Origin: Syntrophales bacterium
GTDB lineage: Bacteria; Desulfobacterota; Syntrophia; Syntrophales; UBA6807
NCBI GenBank assembly: GCA_040767195.1
Contig: JAXGPA010000007.1
Coordinates: forward strand, 52,764-116,763
DNA length: 64,000 bases
Direction of reading: 5' to 3'
A program made the translations under genes and the position numbers. Shown piece after piece: positions 1 through 9,318 of the stretch (its first letter is position 1; every line of letters begins with the position of its first letter). The notes below the pieces were generated by a model. It ran no database searches and was not told the DNA's origin. It was given only the letters and a program-made list of their open reading frames with translations.

Positions 1-472
1 CCCGTTCCCGGACCTGGCGTGTCAAGGGGCCCTGGCTGCCCTCGGCGATGATGAGGTATTTCCCGTCCCGGACGCCCCGGCTCGTGAAAAGACGGATTCC
101 GTCGGGCCGCTCTTCGTATCGCAGGGCCCGCTCACCCTCGTGGAGAGCGATTCCCGCATCCACGGCCCGGCGGACCAGGTAATGGTCGAAAGCCGCCCGG
201 GAGATCATCGTGGCGATCCGCGTCCCCGCCTGGCCTTCCAGGCAGTAGTCTCCAAAACGGAACCGGATGCCTGAAACTTCCTTCTTTTTCAACCCGTCCG
301 GCAGCGGCTCTTCAATGTATCGGAGGGCTTTTTCCGAGAGGCCGCCGCCGCAGGGCTTGGGGCGGGGAAACGTCTCTTTATCGATGAGGAGAACGGACAG
401 GCCCTTTTTGCCGCCCTCCCGGGCCGCCGTGCTTCCCGCCGGCCCCGCTCCCGCGATGAGAATGTCGTGCAC
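1..472 (-). CDS. Geranylgeranyl reductase-family FAD-dependent oxidoreductase (5' part, runs off window)
   Basis: Manual translation from GTG at 472 (GGAG RBS upstream): MHDILIAGAGPAGSTAAREGGKKGLSVLLIDKETFPRPKPCGGGLS...SRAAFDHYL. Has the GxGxxG, PRxKPCGG and RxxFD motifs. Absent from the ORF track because it is truncated. Confidence 0.85.
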   Translation of the reverse strand, partial: MHDILIAGAGPAGSTAAREGGKKGLSVLLIDKETFPRPKPCGGGLSEKALRYIEEPLPDGLKKKEVSGIRFRFGDYCLEGQAGTRIATMISRAAFDHYLVRRAVDAGIALHEGERALRYEERPDGIRLFTSRGVRDGKYLIIAEGSQGPLTRQVRER

Positions 473-783
473 CTTTTTCGGTCTCCTTTTCGCCCCGAAG
501 GAACCGGTCCGCCGGCTCTTTTCCGTTCCTTTATTTTCCCGCGGCCATTGCCATGGGCCTACGAGATGACTATATTGTCCCCGTGCCCGGCATGCCGGAA
601 GGCAAAAACCGGGCGATTCACTGTCACGGACCGGGGCATACACACCCATAATACAGGAAGGCCCGTCTTTCAATCCCCTCCTGTAAAAATGATGCGGCGC
701 CGGGTCGGAAAAGGAAGACTTCCCCTTTTGAAAGAGAACGGAAACTCTCGAAAAATAAAGCCCCGCCGCCGGGACGTGTCGCA

Positions 784-1521
784 ATGATTCTCCTTTACGT
801 GTGCATCGTGGCGTTTCTCGCCGGTTTTATCCAGGGGTTTTCCGGGTTCGGGTCGGTCCTCCTGTCTCTTCCCCTTCTGGCTCTTTTTCTCGACATGCGG
901 GAAGTGGTTCCCCTGGTCTCCCTTTATGCCCTTTTCCTCACGGCGGTCCTCTTCATCCAGCTTCGATCCTTCATTCACTGGAGAACGGTGGGCGTTCTCG
1001 TGGCGGGCGCCCTGCCCGGCGTCCCCGCGGGGGTCTATCTTCTTAAATACGTCCCTTCCTTTGTTATCGAAACCCTGGCGGGGGTCACCCTGGTTCTTTT
1101 CTCCCTGGCCCAACTTTTTCTGAAGATTGCGAAAGCCCCTGACGGCCTTCCCTGGACGCTGGTCTTCGGGTTTCTCGGGGGGTGTTTCGGCGGGGCCATC
1201 GGCGCGTCCGGGCCCCCGGTGATTCTTTACACGGCCCTTCAGCCCTGGGACAAGAACACCATCAAGGCCACCCTGCAGGGATTTTTTCTTTTTGCGGGTC
1301 TCCTGGTCGTTATCGCGCAGGCGTATTCGGGCTTCATGACCTGGCCGGTCCTCCGTTTTTTCGGACTCGGGTTTCCCTTTCTCATGGCGGGCACTTTCGC
1401 CGGCTCTTTTTTCTACGGATCGCTTCGTACGGAGGGTTACCAGAGAGTGCTTTTCGTTCTTCTCTGCCTTCTCGGGGTTTTCATGGTTTTAAAAGGCGTG
1501 TTCATCGATGTGGCCCCCTGA
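784..1521 (+). CDS. TSUP/TauE/SafE family (sulfite exporter-like) membrane protein
   Basis: About 8 TM helices; GFIQGFSGFG and GGAIGASGPP repeated motifs. Confidence 0.85.
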   Translation: MILLYVCIVAFLAGFIQGFSGFGSVLLSLPLLALFLDMREVVPLVSLYALFLTAVLFIQLRSFIHWRTVGVLVAGALPGVPAGVYLLKYVPSFVIETLAGVTLVLFSLAQLFLKIAKAPDGLPWTLVFGFLGGCFGGAIGASGPPVILYTALQPWDKNTIKATLQGFFLFAGLLVVIAQAYSGFMTWPVLRFFGLGFPFLMAGTFAGSFFYGSLRTEGYQRVLFVLLCLLGVFMVLKGVFIDVAP

Positions 1522-1758
1522 GGTGAGGATTTTCTCGCAAGGAAGCGGCATTCCGCTTCGCGTCCACCACCATGTCCGCGGCGGAGCGCCGGGAACGCTT
1601 CCTTCGGCCTGTTTCGGGCGTCATGGCCCGGGACCCTTCGAGGGCGGCCGCCGAGAGAACTTTTTTCGGGGACTTCGGGAGTCGATGGTGTTTCTTATTA
1701 CTTTGAACGTGCTTTTATCCGGAAATCGCCGTGATTTCCTTTTTCGGGAAGGGTTGCC

Positions 1759-2706
1759 GTGACCGGGGAAAACAGCCGGGGTCTTCTTCAATCGGGTATC
1801 CGCCAGGGCCTTTACAAGGGGTGGTTGAGCTTTCTCTGGATCGCGAAGATCATACTGCCCATTTCCTTTTTTACGGCGGTCCTGTCGTGGAGCGGTTTTA
1901 TCGATGCCGTGGGGTTTCTCGTCCATCCCGTCATGACGTTTTTCGGACTTCCGGCGGTGGCCGCGGTTCCCCTCGTCATCGGCATGCTGACGGGCATTTA
2001 CGGCGGCATCGCCGCCATGGCCGTCCTGCCCATGACGGTGAACCAGATGACCCTGGTGGCCCTTTTCCTTCTCATCGCCCACAACCTCGTTCAGGAGTGC
2101 GCCATCCAGGGAAGTTCCGGCGTCCACCCCCTGAAAGCCGCCATTTTCCGGATCGTGACGGCCCTCGTGACGGTTTTCACCGTTTCCTTTTTTCTCGACC
2201 TTTCCGGCGGGATTCACGATGGCGCTGGCGGAGCCTCCGCTGTTCCGGCCCCGGTCTTCACCGCCATGGTGAGAGACTGGGCCATGGCCTCTCTCCTCCT
2301 CATGGCCCGGATATTCGTCATTGTCATGATCGTCCTTGGCTTTCTCGAGATCGCCAAGGTTTTCGGGTGGATCCGGTATATCGCCCGGTTTCTGAACCCC
2401 TTCCTGCGGGTCATGGGCCTGAGCGACCGGGTGGGCCTTCTGTGGCTCACCGCCGTCGTTTTCGGGCTTGCCTACGGCGGGGCGGTGATCGTGGAGGAGG
2501 CGAAAAGCGGAAACCTTTCCGACGTGGAACTGGAGGAACTCCATCTATCCATCGGCATTAACCATGCCATGATAGAAGACCCCGCCCTTTTCCTTCCCCT
2601 GGGCATCCACCCCTTCTGGCTCTGGGTGCCCCGCTTCGTCGTTGCCGTCCTGGCCGTCCGGCTTCTCACGTTCTGGTATGCCTTCCGGGGCCGCGAGAAG
2701 GGTTGA
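1759..2706 (+). CDS. Nucleoside-recognition (Gate) domain membrane protein
   Basis: Two hydrophobic repeats with 'HPVMTFFGLP' / 'NPFLRVMGLS' Gate-like segments, plus HNLVQE and HAMIED motifs. Confidence 0.7.
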   Translation: MTGENSRGLLQSGIRQGLYKGWLSFLWIAKIILPISFFTAVLSWSGFIDAVGFLVHPVMTFFGLPAVAAVPLVIGMLTGIYGGIAAMAVLPMTVNQMTLVALFLLIAHNLVQECAIQGSSGVHPLKAAIFRIVTALVTVFTVSFFLDLSGGIHDGAGGASAVPAPVFTAMVRDWAMASLLLMARIFVIVMIVLGFLEIAKVFGWIRYIARFLNPFLRVMGLSDRVGLLWLTAVVFGLAYGGAVIVEEAKSGNLSDVELEELHLSIGINHAMIEDPALFLPLGIHPFWLWVPRFVVAVLAVRLLTFWYAFRGREKG

Positions 2707-2874
2707 AAACATTTTTTTGTTGCCCGCTCCCCCTGTTTTCGATATATTTTCAGTGCCCGTATGTTGACAAATCATTGTGAAATATATTAAGGAAGGTCCG
2801 GTTCGAGGAGCCGGGAAAAGCCGGGGCGGGACCATCTCTCCAAGACCATTGAATAACTCGAGCGAGGAGGCACA

Positions 2875-3582
2875 ATGGCGATAGAAAAGCAGATAGAGGA
2901 ACAGGTGCTGAAATGGCAGAAATCGACGGACCGGAGAAAGAAGAAGAACGAACCGCCCGGACCGGTGATCACCATTTCGAGGGAACCGGGCAGCGGCGGC
3001 GAAGCGCTCGCTAAAATGATCGCCGAAGAGCTGAAAATCGATTATTTTGACCGGAAAATCGTTCAGGAGGTGGCCAGAAGCGCCCGGATGAGCGAAAAGG
3101 TGGTGGCCTCCCTCGACGAGAAGGAGCGGGGCCTTCTGGACAACTGGATCCAGTTTCTCAGAACCAGCCGTTATTTCTGGCCCGACGAATTCGTCCATCA
3201 CCTGACCAAGGTGCTGAACACGGTGTGCCAGCACGGGAACGCCCTGATCGTTGGGCGAGCCGCCAACATGGTCCTGCCGCCGGAAGAAACCCTGAGAATC
3301 CGGTTCGTGGCCCCCCTGGAATACCGGGTGGAGTCGTACGCCAAGGAAAGCGGCCTGTCCAAGGAGGAGGCGCAAAAGAAAATCGCCCAGGAGGAGTCGG
3401 ACCGGAAGTCCTTCGTCCAGAAATATTTCCACGTGGATATCGACGACACCAGCTATTACGATCTCGTTATCAACACCCGTTACTACAAGCCCGAACAGAT
3501 TCTCGAGGCCGTGAAAGCCCTTCTGAAATTCAAGAAGATGCCGGCACGGCGCCGCTTCGATCCGAAACCGGAAGAAGCTTGA
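2875..3582 (+). CDS. Cytidylate kinase-like family protein
   Basis: VITISREPGSGG P-loop variant, IVGR and YDLVINT motifs; GAGGAGG RBS. Confidence 0.85.
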   Translation: MAIEKQIEEQVLKWQKSTDRRKKKNEPPGPVITISREPGSGGEALAKMIAEELKIDYFDRKIVQEVARSARMSEKVVASLDEKERGLLDNWIQFLRTSRYFWPDEFVHHLTKVLNTVCQHGNALIVGRAANMVLPPEETLRIRFVAPLEYRVESYAKESGLSKEEAQKKIAQEESDRKSFVQKYFHVDIDDTSYYDLVINTRYYKPEQILEAVKALLKFKKMPARRRFDPKPEEA

Positions 3583-3620
3583 GGGAAGCCCCTCGACCCT
3601 TGACGGAATAGACGTTCAGA

Positions 3621-3652
3621 AATAAGCGGGTTCAGCCCGCTTATTTTTTTTC
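3621..3652 (+). terminator. Intrinsic terminator after the cytidylate kinase-like gene
   Basis: AATAAGCGGG-TTCAG-CCCGCTTATT followed by a T-run. Confidence 0.8.
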
Positions 3653-3719
3653 ACCCGCCGGTTCCCTGCCGGAAGCTCGGGAGCCCACGGAGACTGCTGT
3701 AAAAGAAAGGTGAAAGACC

Positions 3720-5825
3720 ATGGAAGAGAAGGAGAAGAAGGACGAAATCACGTGGGTGCGGACCCACTGCGCGCGAATGGACCACGGCGGCTGCGCCCTC
3801 CTGGTGGGTGTGGACCGAAAGGAAAACCGGATCGTCCAGGTGAAGGGCGATCCCGAAGGGTTTCTGAACAAGGGATACGTGTGCCCCAAGGGGATTATCT
3901 CCCCGGACAGGCTGAACCACCCGGACCGCCTCAAAACCCCCCTGAAGCGGGTCGGGGAAAGAGGCGGCGGGAAGTGGACCCCCCTTTCCTGGGATGACGC
4001 TCTGGCGGAAACAGCCGATGCCTTCAACAGGATCCGGGATGCCCACGGCGCCCGGGCCGTCGCCTTCGGCGTGGGCATGCCCAAGGGGCTCGAGCACTTC
4101 GTCCTCATCCGGCTGGCCAACCTCTTCGGGTCCCCCAACGTGGTGGCTTCCCAGGATGTCTGTCACGCCCCCCGGGAAATCACGGGAATCCACACCTGCG
4201 GCTTTTATCCCGTGGCCGATTTCCATCACCCGAGCCGACTCGCCGTCCTGTGGGGAAGCAACATCACGTCCACCAACGAGGAGGGAGAGATCTGCAGCCT
4301 ATTCCTGAAACAGCTGAAAGAAGGCATGGATCTCATCGTCGTGGACCCCCGGGAGACGGACCTGGCGAAAAAAGCGACACACTGGCTTCCCCTGAGGCCG
4401 GGAACGGACCACGCCCTGGCCCTCGCCTTTTTGAACGTGATCATCGAGGAAGGTCTCTACGACCGGGACTTCGTGGAAAAGTGGACCCACGGGTTCGAAG
4501 ACCTGGCGGCCCATGTCCGGCAGTACACGCCGGAGAAGATGGCCGGTGTCACCTGGGTTCCCGCGGAACGGATCCGGGAGGCCGCCCGCCTTTACGGCCG
4601 GACCAGGCCGGCGGTCATCCAGTGGGGGAATCCCATAGAGCACAACATCCACACCTTCGACATCACCCGGGCCCTCATCTGCCTCATGGCGATCACCGGG
4701 AACCTGGCCGTGCCGGGAGGGAACGTGGAGGCCGTGGATCCCAGGATCATGGGTCTCGGGGAGTTCGTCCGGGCCGATCTCATTCCCGAGAAGAGGAAGG
4801 AGATGCTGAGCGCCCACCACAGGGTCATTCCCCGGCTCATGACCATCGCCCCCGCTTTTTTCCGGAAGGCCGTGCTGGAGGATGTTCCCTACCCGGTCCG
4901 GGGGTTCTACGCCATGTGCTCCAACGCCCTCATGTCCTACGCCGACAGCCCCATGACCTATGAGGCCTTCAAAAAGCTGGACTTCATGGCCGTGGCGGAC
5001 CTGTTCATGACCCCAACGGCGGCCATGGCGGACATCGTTTTTCCCGTGGCGAGCCAGTTCGAGTTCGACGACATCGGCCATTACGGCATCGGTCACGGGT
5101 ATGTCCTGGCCCGGCCCAAGGTGGTCGATCCGCCCGAGGGGTGCTGGCCGGACATGAAAATCATGAACGAACTGGGGAAACGGATGTCCCCCCCGGAACT
5201 CTGGCACGACGATTACCGGGAGTTTCTCTCCGACCTTCTGAAGCCGAGCGGCCTCACCTACGCCGAGTTCGCGGAAAAGGGCTACCTGAAAGGGCCGGAA
5301 CGGTTTCGGGCTTACGAGGCGAAGGGTTTCCGGACGCCCACGGGAAAGGTGGAGCTCCGTCTTTCCGTGGCGGAGAAATTCCGGCTCAAGCCCCTGCCCG
5401 AGTTCTCCGGCCTTCCGGAGAAAGAGGACCCCGAGTACCCCCTTGTCCTCACGAGCTGCAAGAGCCGGTACTATCTCCACTCTTCCTACCGCTGGCTCGA
5501 CAGGCTTCGGAAACTCCGACCCCAGCCGAAGGTGGAGATCCACCCTGAAACGGCGGCGGCCCACGGGATCGCTGACGGGGACGGGGTGGTCATCGAAACG
5601 CGGCAAGGTTCGGTGATCCAGTACGCCGAGCTCACCGACGCCCTGGACAGGCGGACCGTCAATGCCTCCCATGGCTGGTGGTTTCCCGAAGATTCCCCGG
5701 AATCCCAGTACGGGTGGCGTAAATCGAACTTCAACATGCTCACGTCCGTGTCTCCCCTGGGGAGGGAATACGGGACGCCGAACATGAAGGCCCTGGGGTG
5801 CCGGATCCGGAAGGCGCTTCCGTAG
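3720..5825 (+). CDS. Cytoplasmic molybdopterin (DMSO reductase family) oxidoreductase, acetylene hydratase-like clade
   Basis: N-terminal Fe-S region ending CPKG, DRLKTPLKR, PLRPGTDHALAL, DLFMTPTAAMADIVFP, TPTGKVEL and C-terminal EIHPETA domain. No Tat signal. Confidence 0.85.
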   Translation: MEEKEKKDEITWVRTHCARMDHGGCALLVGVDRKENRIVQVKGDPEGFLNKGYVCPKGIISPDRLNHPDRLKTPLKRVGERGGGKWTPLSWDDALAETADAFNRIRDAHGARAVAFGVGMPKGLEHFVLIRLANLFGSPNVVASQDVCHAPREITGIHTCGFYPVADFHHPSRLAVLWGSNITSTNEEGEICSLFLKQLKEGMDLIVVDPRETDLAKKATHWLPLRPGTDHALALAFLNVIIEEGLYDRDFVEKWTHGFEDLAAHVRQYTPEKMAGVTWVPAERIREAARLYGRTRPAVIQWGNPIEHNIHTFDITRALICLMAITGNLAVPGGNVEAVDPRIMGLGEFVRADLIPEKRKEMLSAHHRVIPRLMTIAPAFFRKAVLEDVPYPVRGFYAMCSNALMSYADSPMTYEAFKKLDFMAVADLFMTPTAAMADIVFPVASQFEFDDIGHYGIGHGYVLARPKVVDPPEGCWPDMKIMNELGKRMSPPELWHDDYREFLSDLLKPSGLTYAEFAEKGYLKGPERFRAYEAKGFRTPTGKVELRLSVAEKFRLKPLPEFSGLPEKEDPEYPLVLTSCKSRYYLHSSYRWLDRLRKLRPQPKVEIHPETAAAHGIADGDGVVIETRQGSVIQYAELTDALDRRTVNASHGWWFPEDSPESQYGWRKSNFNMLTSVSPLGREYGTPNMKALGCRIRKALP

Positions 5826-5839
5826 GGAAAAGAGAACGA

Positions 5840-6610
5840 TCAGAAAAGGCGAACCGGCCTGTTCTTTAGGGCCGCCAGGAGGTCGTGGCGGGTCATGTCC
5901 GGCTCGATGGGGGTGATGGAAACGTATCCCTTTTTCAGGACCGAGAGATCCGTGTCTTCTTCTTCGTCTTCCGGCTGGAGCGTTTCCCCCACGAGCCAGT
6001 AGTAGACGTTGTTCCGGGGGTCCAGCCGCCTCTCGTAGGTTTCCACGAGGCGGGCCTGTCCCTGGCGGGTGAACCGGGCCCCTCTTATTTTCTCCGAAGG
6101 CAGGTCCGGGACGTTGACGTTCAGGGCGATGCCGGTGAGAAGGGAACGGTTCTCCAGGATGTAGTCGGCCACTGCGGCGGCCGTTCGGGCCGCCGCGGCA
6201 TAGTCGGCCTCATGGCTTCGCGAGTCCAGGGACACGGCCATGGCGGGCACACCGAGGATGGATCCCTCGGTGGCGGCGGAGACGGTCCCCGAATAGAGAA
6301 CGTTGATTCCCACGTTGGCCCCCAGGTTGATGCCCGACACGACGAGATCGACAGGGCCGCCGGCGATTTCCCTGAGCCCGATCTTGACGCTGTCCGCCGG
6401 GGTCCCGGCCACGGCATATCCGTAAAAAACCCCGTTTTTTCGGGCCTCCCGTATCATGAGGGGCCGGGAAAGGGTGATGGCGTGCCCGGCGGCGCTCCGC
6501 TCCATTTCGGGCGCCACGATGAGGCACTCCCCTTTTTCGGAGAAAGCCTCCTGAAGGGTGAAGAGTCCCCGGGCATGAATGCCGTCGTCGTTGGTGAGAA
6601 GGAAACGCAC
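5840..6610 (-). CDS. surE: 5'/3'-nucleotidase SurE
   Basis: LLTNDDG, GTPADSV, SGINLGAN and YSGTVSAA signature motifs. Confidence 0.95.
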   Translation of the reverse strand: MRFLLTNDDGIHARGLFTLQEAFSEKGECLIVAPEMERSAAGHAITLSRPLMIREARKNGVFYGYAVAGTPADSVKIGLREIAGGPVDLVVSGINLGANVGINVLYSGTVSAATEGSILGVPAMAVSLDSRSHEADYAAAARTAAAVADYILENRSLLTGIALNVNVPDLPSEKIRGARFTRQGQARLVETYERRLDPRNNVYYWLVGETLQPEDEEEDTDLSVLKKGYVSITPIEPDMTRHDLLAALKNRPVRLF

Positions 6611-6611
6611 G

Positions 6612-8525
6612 TCAGTCCACCTCGATGATCCTGTCGCCCCGGATCGACAGGACGAAGAGCTTTTTCAAGGCCTCTCCCCCTTCATCGAAGCCGGTCGGGC
6701 CCGTGACGCCGGGGTAGTTTTTCAGCTGCAGAAGGGCGTCCCGCAGGTCTTCCCGGATTCGGATTCTATCGTCTTCCAGGAGCGTGAGCAGGATTTTCAT
6801 GGTGTCAAAGGCGAGGGCCTCGATTTCCGCGGGGTTTCTTCCATAGGCGAAGTAAAAGCGGTCCACGAAATCCCGAACGGCGCGGGAAAGGCTGTCCAGG
6901 AAAAAAACGTCGACGAAGACCGCTTCCTGGAGATACGTCGTTTCGCCCTGGAGGAGGTCCGGGGTGTTCCAGAGATTCGAACCCAGGAGCTGGACCGTCG
7001 TGATGTCGTGGAAAGCGAGCTGGGGCGCGATGAGCCGGGCTTTCAGGGCCGTGTCGGGAATGAAGAGGGCGTCGAAATCGACGACAGGAGAGGGCTTTTC
7101 TTCTTCCGGCCCGTCTTTCTTTTCGGGGAGTCCGGCGAGGGCCCGGATCTCCCGGCTGAAGTCGGTCGCGTTCGGCTCGTAGGACTCAACGCCCCGGACC
7201 TCACCGCCGTACCATTCCACCTCGTTCCAGAAGGCCTCCATCATCTCGGTCCCGTAGGGGTCATCGGGGTAGAGAATGGCGAAACGCTTCATGCCCATGT
7301 TCATGAAGGCGAAGTGAACCAGGGTTTTCATGATCATGGGAGGGGTCAGAAAGTTCCGGAAGACGAAATCGCCCGTTTCCGTAATCGCCTCTTTCTGGGT
7401 CAGCGTGACGAGCGGAACCTGAAGCGCCTGGGCCGTCCGGGCCGCCTCTTCCGCCGCGTCGCCGGCCATGGTCCCGATGATTCCCATGACCCGGTCTTCC
7501 ATGACAAGCTTCTCCACGGCCTTTTTTCCACCCGAAGGCTCACCGGCCGAGTCTTCGATGAAGAGTTCCATGGGCGGGACCGCCGCGTCCGAGGCCTGGT
7601 TTTCCAGGTCCAGCGCGAGCAGGGCCGCGTCCAGCGCCTTTTGTCCGAAAGCGGCGAACTTGCCGGAGAGCGGGAGGATCAGGCCGACGGCCCGCCGATT
7701 CACCTGGGCCATCTTCTCGAGGCGGTTCAGTATGTCCTGTCCCTCACCGGCCAGGGGATGCCCAGGGTGGCCGTCCAGGAAGCGCCCCACATAGGACCGG
7801 GCGGCGTCGGCGTCTCCCCTGTCATAGGACAGCCGGGCCAGGGCCACGAGGACATACCCGGAGGGATAGCGTCTTTTTTGCTTTTCAAGGAGCGCCTTCA
7901 GTTCGTTCTCATCAAGGCCGTGGCGCACGATCCCCTCTGTTTTCCCCCGCAGGGCGCTTTCCACGGCCTCGCCCGGTCTCTCTTCCAGGGCGAGGAGATA
8001 ATACGTCACGGCCCCGGAGGCGTTTCCGGCGGCAAGCAGGTTGTCTCCCATGAGGGCAAGGGTTTTTGCTTTCAGGGCCGGAGAGAGCGGCTCCCGCAGA
8101 AGCTCCCGGGACAGAAGCTCGGACCTCGACGGGTCGCCTTCCCGTAAGGCGAGGAGAGCGAGGAGATACCGTGTCTCGTGGTAAAGCGGGTCTCCCTGGT
8201 ACGGCGGGCCGAGGGCCTCCAGTTCCCGGCGGGCCCCGGCAAGATCCCCTTTCTCCAGGAGAATTTCACCCAGGCGAAGCCGGGCCAGGGCACCGGGCGT
8301 TCCCCCGGGGTGGCTTTTCACAAGCGTTTCGTAAAGGGGAAGGGCGGCTTCCAGATCCCCCGAGCGATAGGCTGTTTCGGCCTCGTGGAAGAGGGGCTGC
8401 AACGCCAGGGGAATCCGGTCAAGGGAGGGGATCGGTTCCTCCACCCGGGGGGCTGTTTTCACCGCGCAGGCGCAAAGGGAAAGGCCGAGAAAAAACAGGA
8501 AAAAAAGCCGGAACACGTTTTTCAT
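6612..8525 (-). CDS. LpoA-like lipoprotein (TPR repeats + periplasmic-binding-protein type 1 domain; penicillin-binding protein activator)
   Basis: Lipoprotein signal from ATG 8525 (LSLCAC), TPR-like helices, VGLILPLSGKFA, DALFIPD, LLGSNLWN and YPGVTG motifs. Confidence 0.8.
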   Translation of the reverse strand: MKNVFRLFFLFFLGLSLCACAVKTAPRVEEPIPSLDRIPLALQPLFHEAETAYRSGDLEAALPLYETLVKSHPGGTPGALARLRLGEILLEKGDLAGARRELEALGPPYQGDPLYHETRYLLALLALREGDPSRSELLSRELLREPLSPALKAKTLALMGDNLLAAGNASGAVTYYLLALEERPGEAVESALRGKTEGIVRHGLDENELKALLEKQKRRYPSGYVLVALARLSYDRGDADAARSYVGRFLDGHPGHPLAGEGQDILNRLEKMAQVNRRAVGLILPLSGKFAAFGQKALDAALLALDLENQASDAAVPPMELFIEDSAGEPSGGKKAVEKLVMEDRVMGIIGTMAGDAAEEAARTAQALQVPLVTLTQKEAITETGDFVFRNFLTPPMIMKTLVHFAFMNMGMKRFAILYPDDPYGTEMMEAFWNEVEWYGGEVRGVESYEPNATDFSREIRALAGLPEKKDGPEEEKPSPVVDFDALFIPDTALKARLIAPQLAFHDITTVQLLGSNLWNTPDLLQGETTYLQEAVFVDVFFLDSLSRAVRDFVDRFYFAYGRNPAEIEALAFDTMKILLTLLEDDRIRIREDLRDALLQLKNYPGVTGPTGFDEGGEALKKLFVLSIRGDRIIEVD

Positions 8526-8544
8526 GAATTTACCCGCGGGACGC

Positions 8545-9144
8545 TTATCGTTCAATGGACTCGATGTACCGGGTCAGTTCCTCCGCCAGGGCGGGGGAAT
8601 CGACGGCGATGGACATTTCACGGTTGTATTTCAGGGCCGACTGGGTGAAGTTGTGGCTTCCCACGAATACGCGGCGTCTGTCGATGACGGCGACTTTCGT
8701 GTGGGTCGTCCGGCCCGGTGAATCAAAAACGGTGGCGATTCCGGCCTTTCGCAGGCGCTTTGCCGTTTTCTCGTTCGATCGGTTCACCGAGGACCGGGGA
8801 TTGTCGTCCCTTTCGAGAAGGACCGTGACCCGGACCCCCCGCCGGGACGCCCTTTCAAGACGGTCCAGGATCCCGTCGGGGCGGTTTCCCTTGTGCCCGT
8901 TGGTCTTGAAAAGGAAAACGGCGATGAGGATCTCTTTTTGGGCCCCGTCGATGGCGTCCGAAAGGGCGGTGAAAAACGCGCCGTCCTGGAGAAGCCGGAC
9001 GGAAGCCGCCGGCTCTTCCGCTCCCATTGCCGGGTAACAGGTGCCAAGGACAGTGATGGCGAAGAAAAGGGGCAAAATGAAACGGGAGAGTCCTGGAAAA
9101 AATGGTCGTGCCGTGTCTTTTTCCTCCTTTTGCAAGCCCGTCAC
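8545..9144 (-). CDS. Phospholipase D-like (single HKD, Nuc-type) exported protein
   Basis: HTKVAVID...GSHNFT...NRE motif; hydrophobic signal segment. Confidence 0.85.
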   Translation of the reverse strand: MTGLQKEEKDTARPFFPGLSRFILPLFFAITVLGTCYPAMGAEEPAASVRLLQDGAFFTALSDAIDGAQKEILIAVFLFKTNGHKGNRPDGILDRLERASRRGVRVTVLLERDDNPRSSVNRSNEKTAKRLRKAGIATVFDSPGRTTHTKVAVIDRRRVFVGSHNFTQSALKYNREMSIAVDSPALAEELTRYIESIER

Positions 9145-9264
9145 TCCAATTCGTTCCGGGTCACCGGAAAGCGGGCAGGGGGGTCGGGACCCTTCCGATT
9201 GAACCCGTCAAGGTCGAACCCTGACACATTTATAAAACATTTGTATTTCCAAGTCGACATGAAA

Positions 9265-9294
9265 ATGCCCGGGACGGCCACCCGCCCCGGGCAT
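9265..9294 (-). terminator. Hairpin terminator downstream of dnaK
   Basis: ATGCCCGGG...CCCGGGCAT inverted repeat with a short T-run on the minus strand. Confidence 0.6.
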
Positions 9295-9318
9295 GATCGA
9301 ACCCCGTGATAAAAGACT

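Noticed and set aside
2775..2792. Rex operator-like TTGTGAA upstream of the cytidylate kinase-like gene
   Set aside because: Only one half-site matches; the second half (TTCACAA) is missing.
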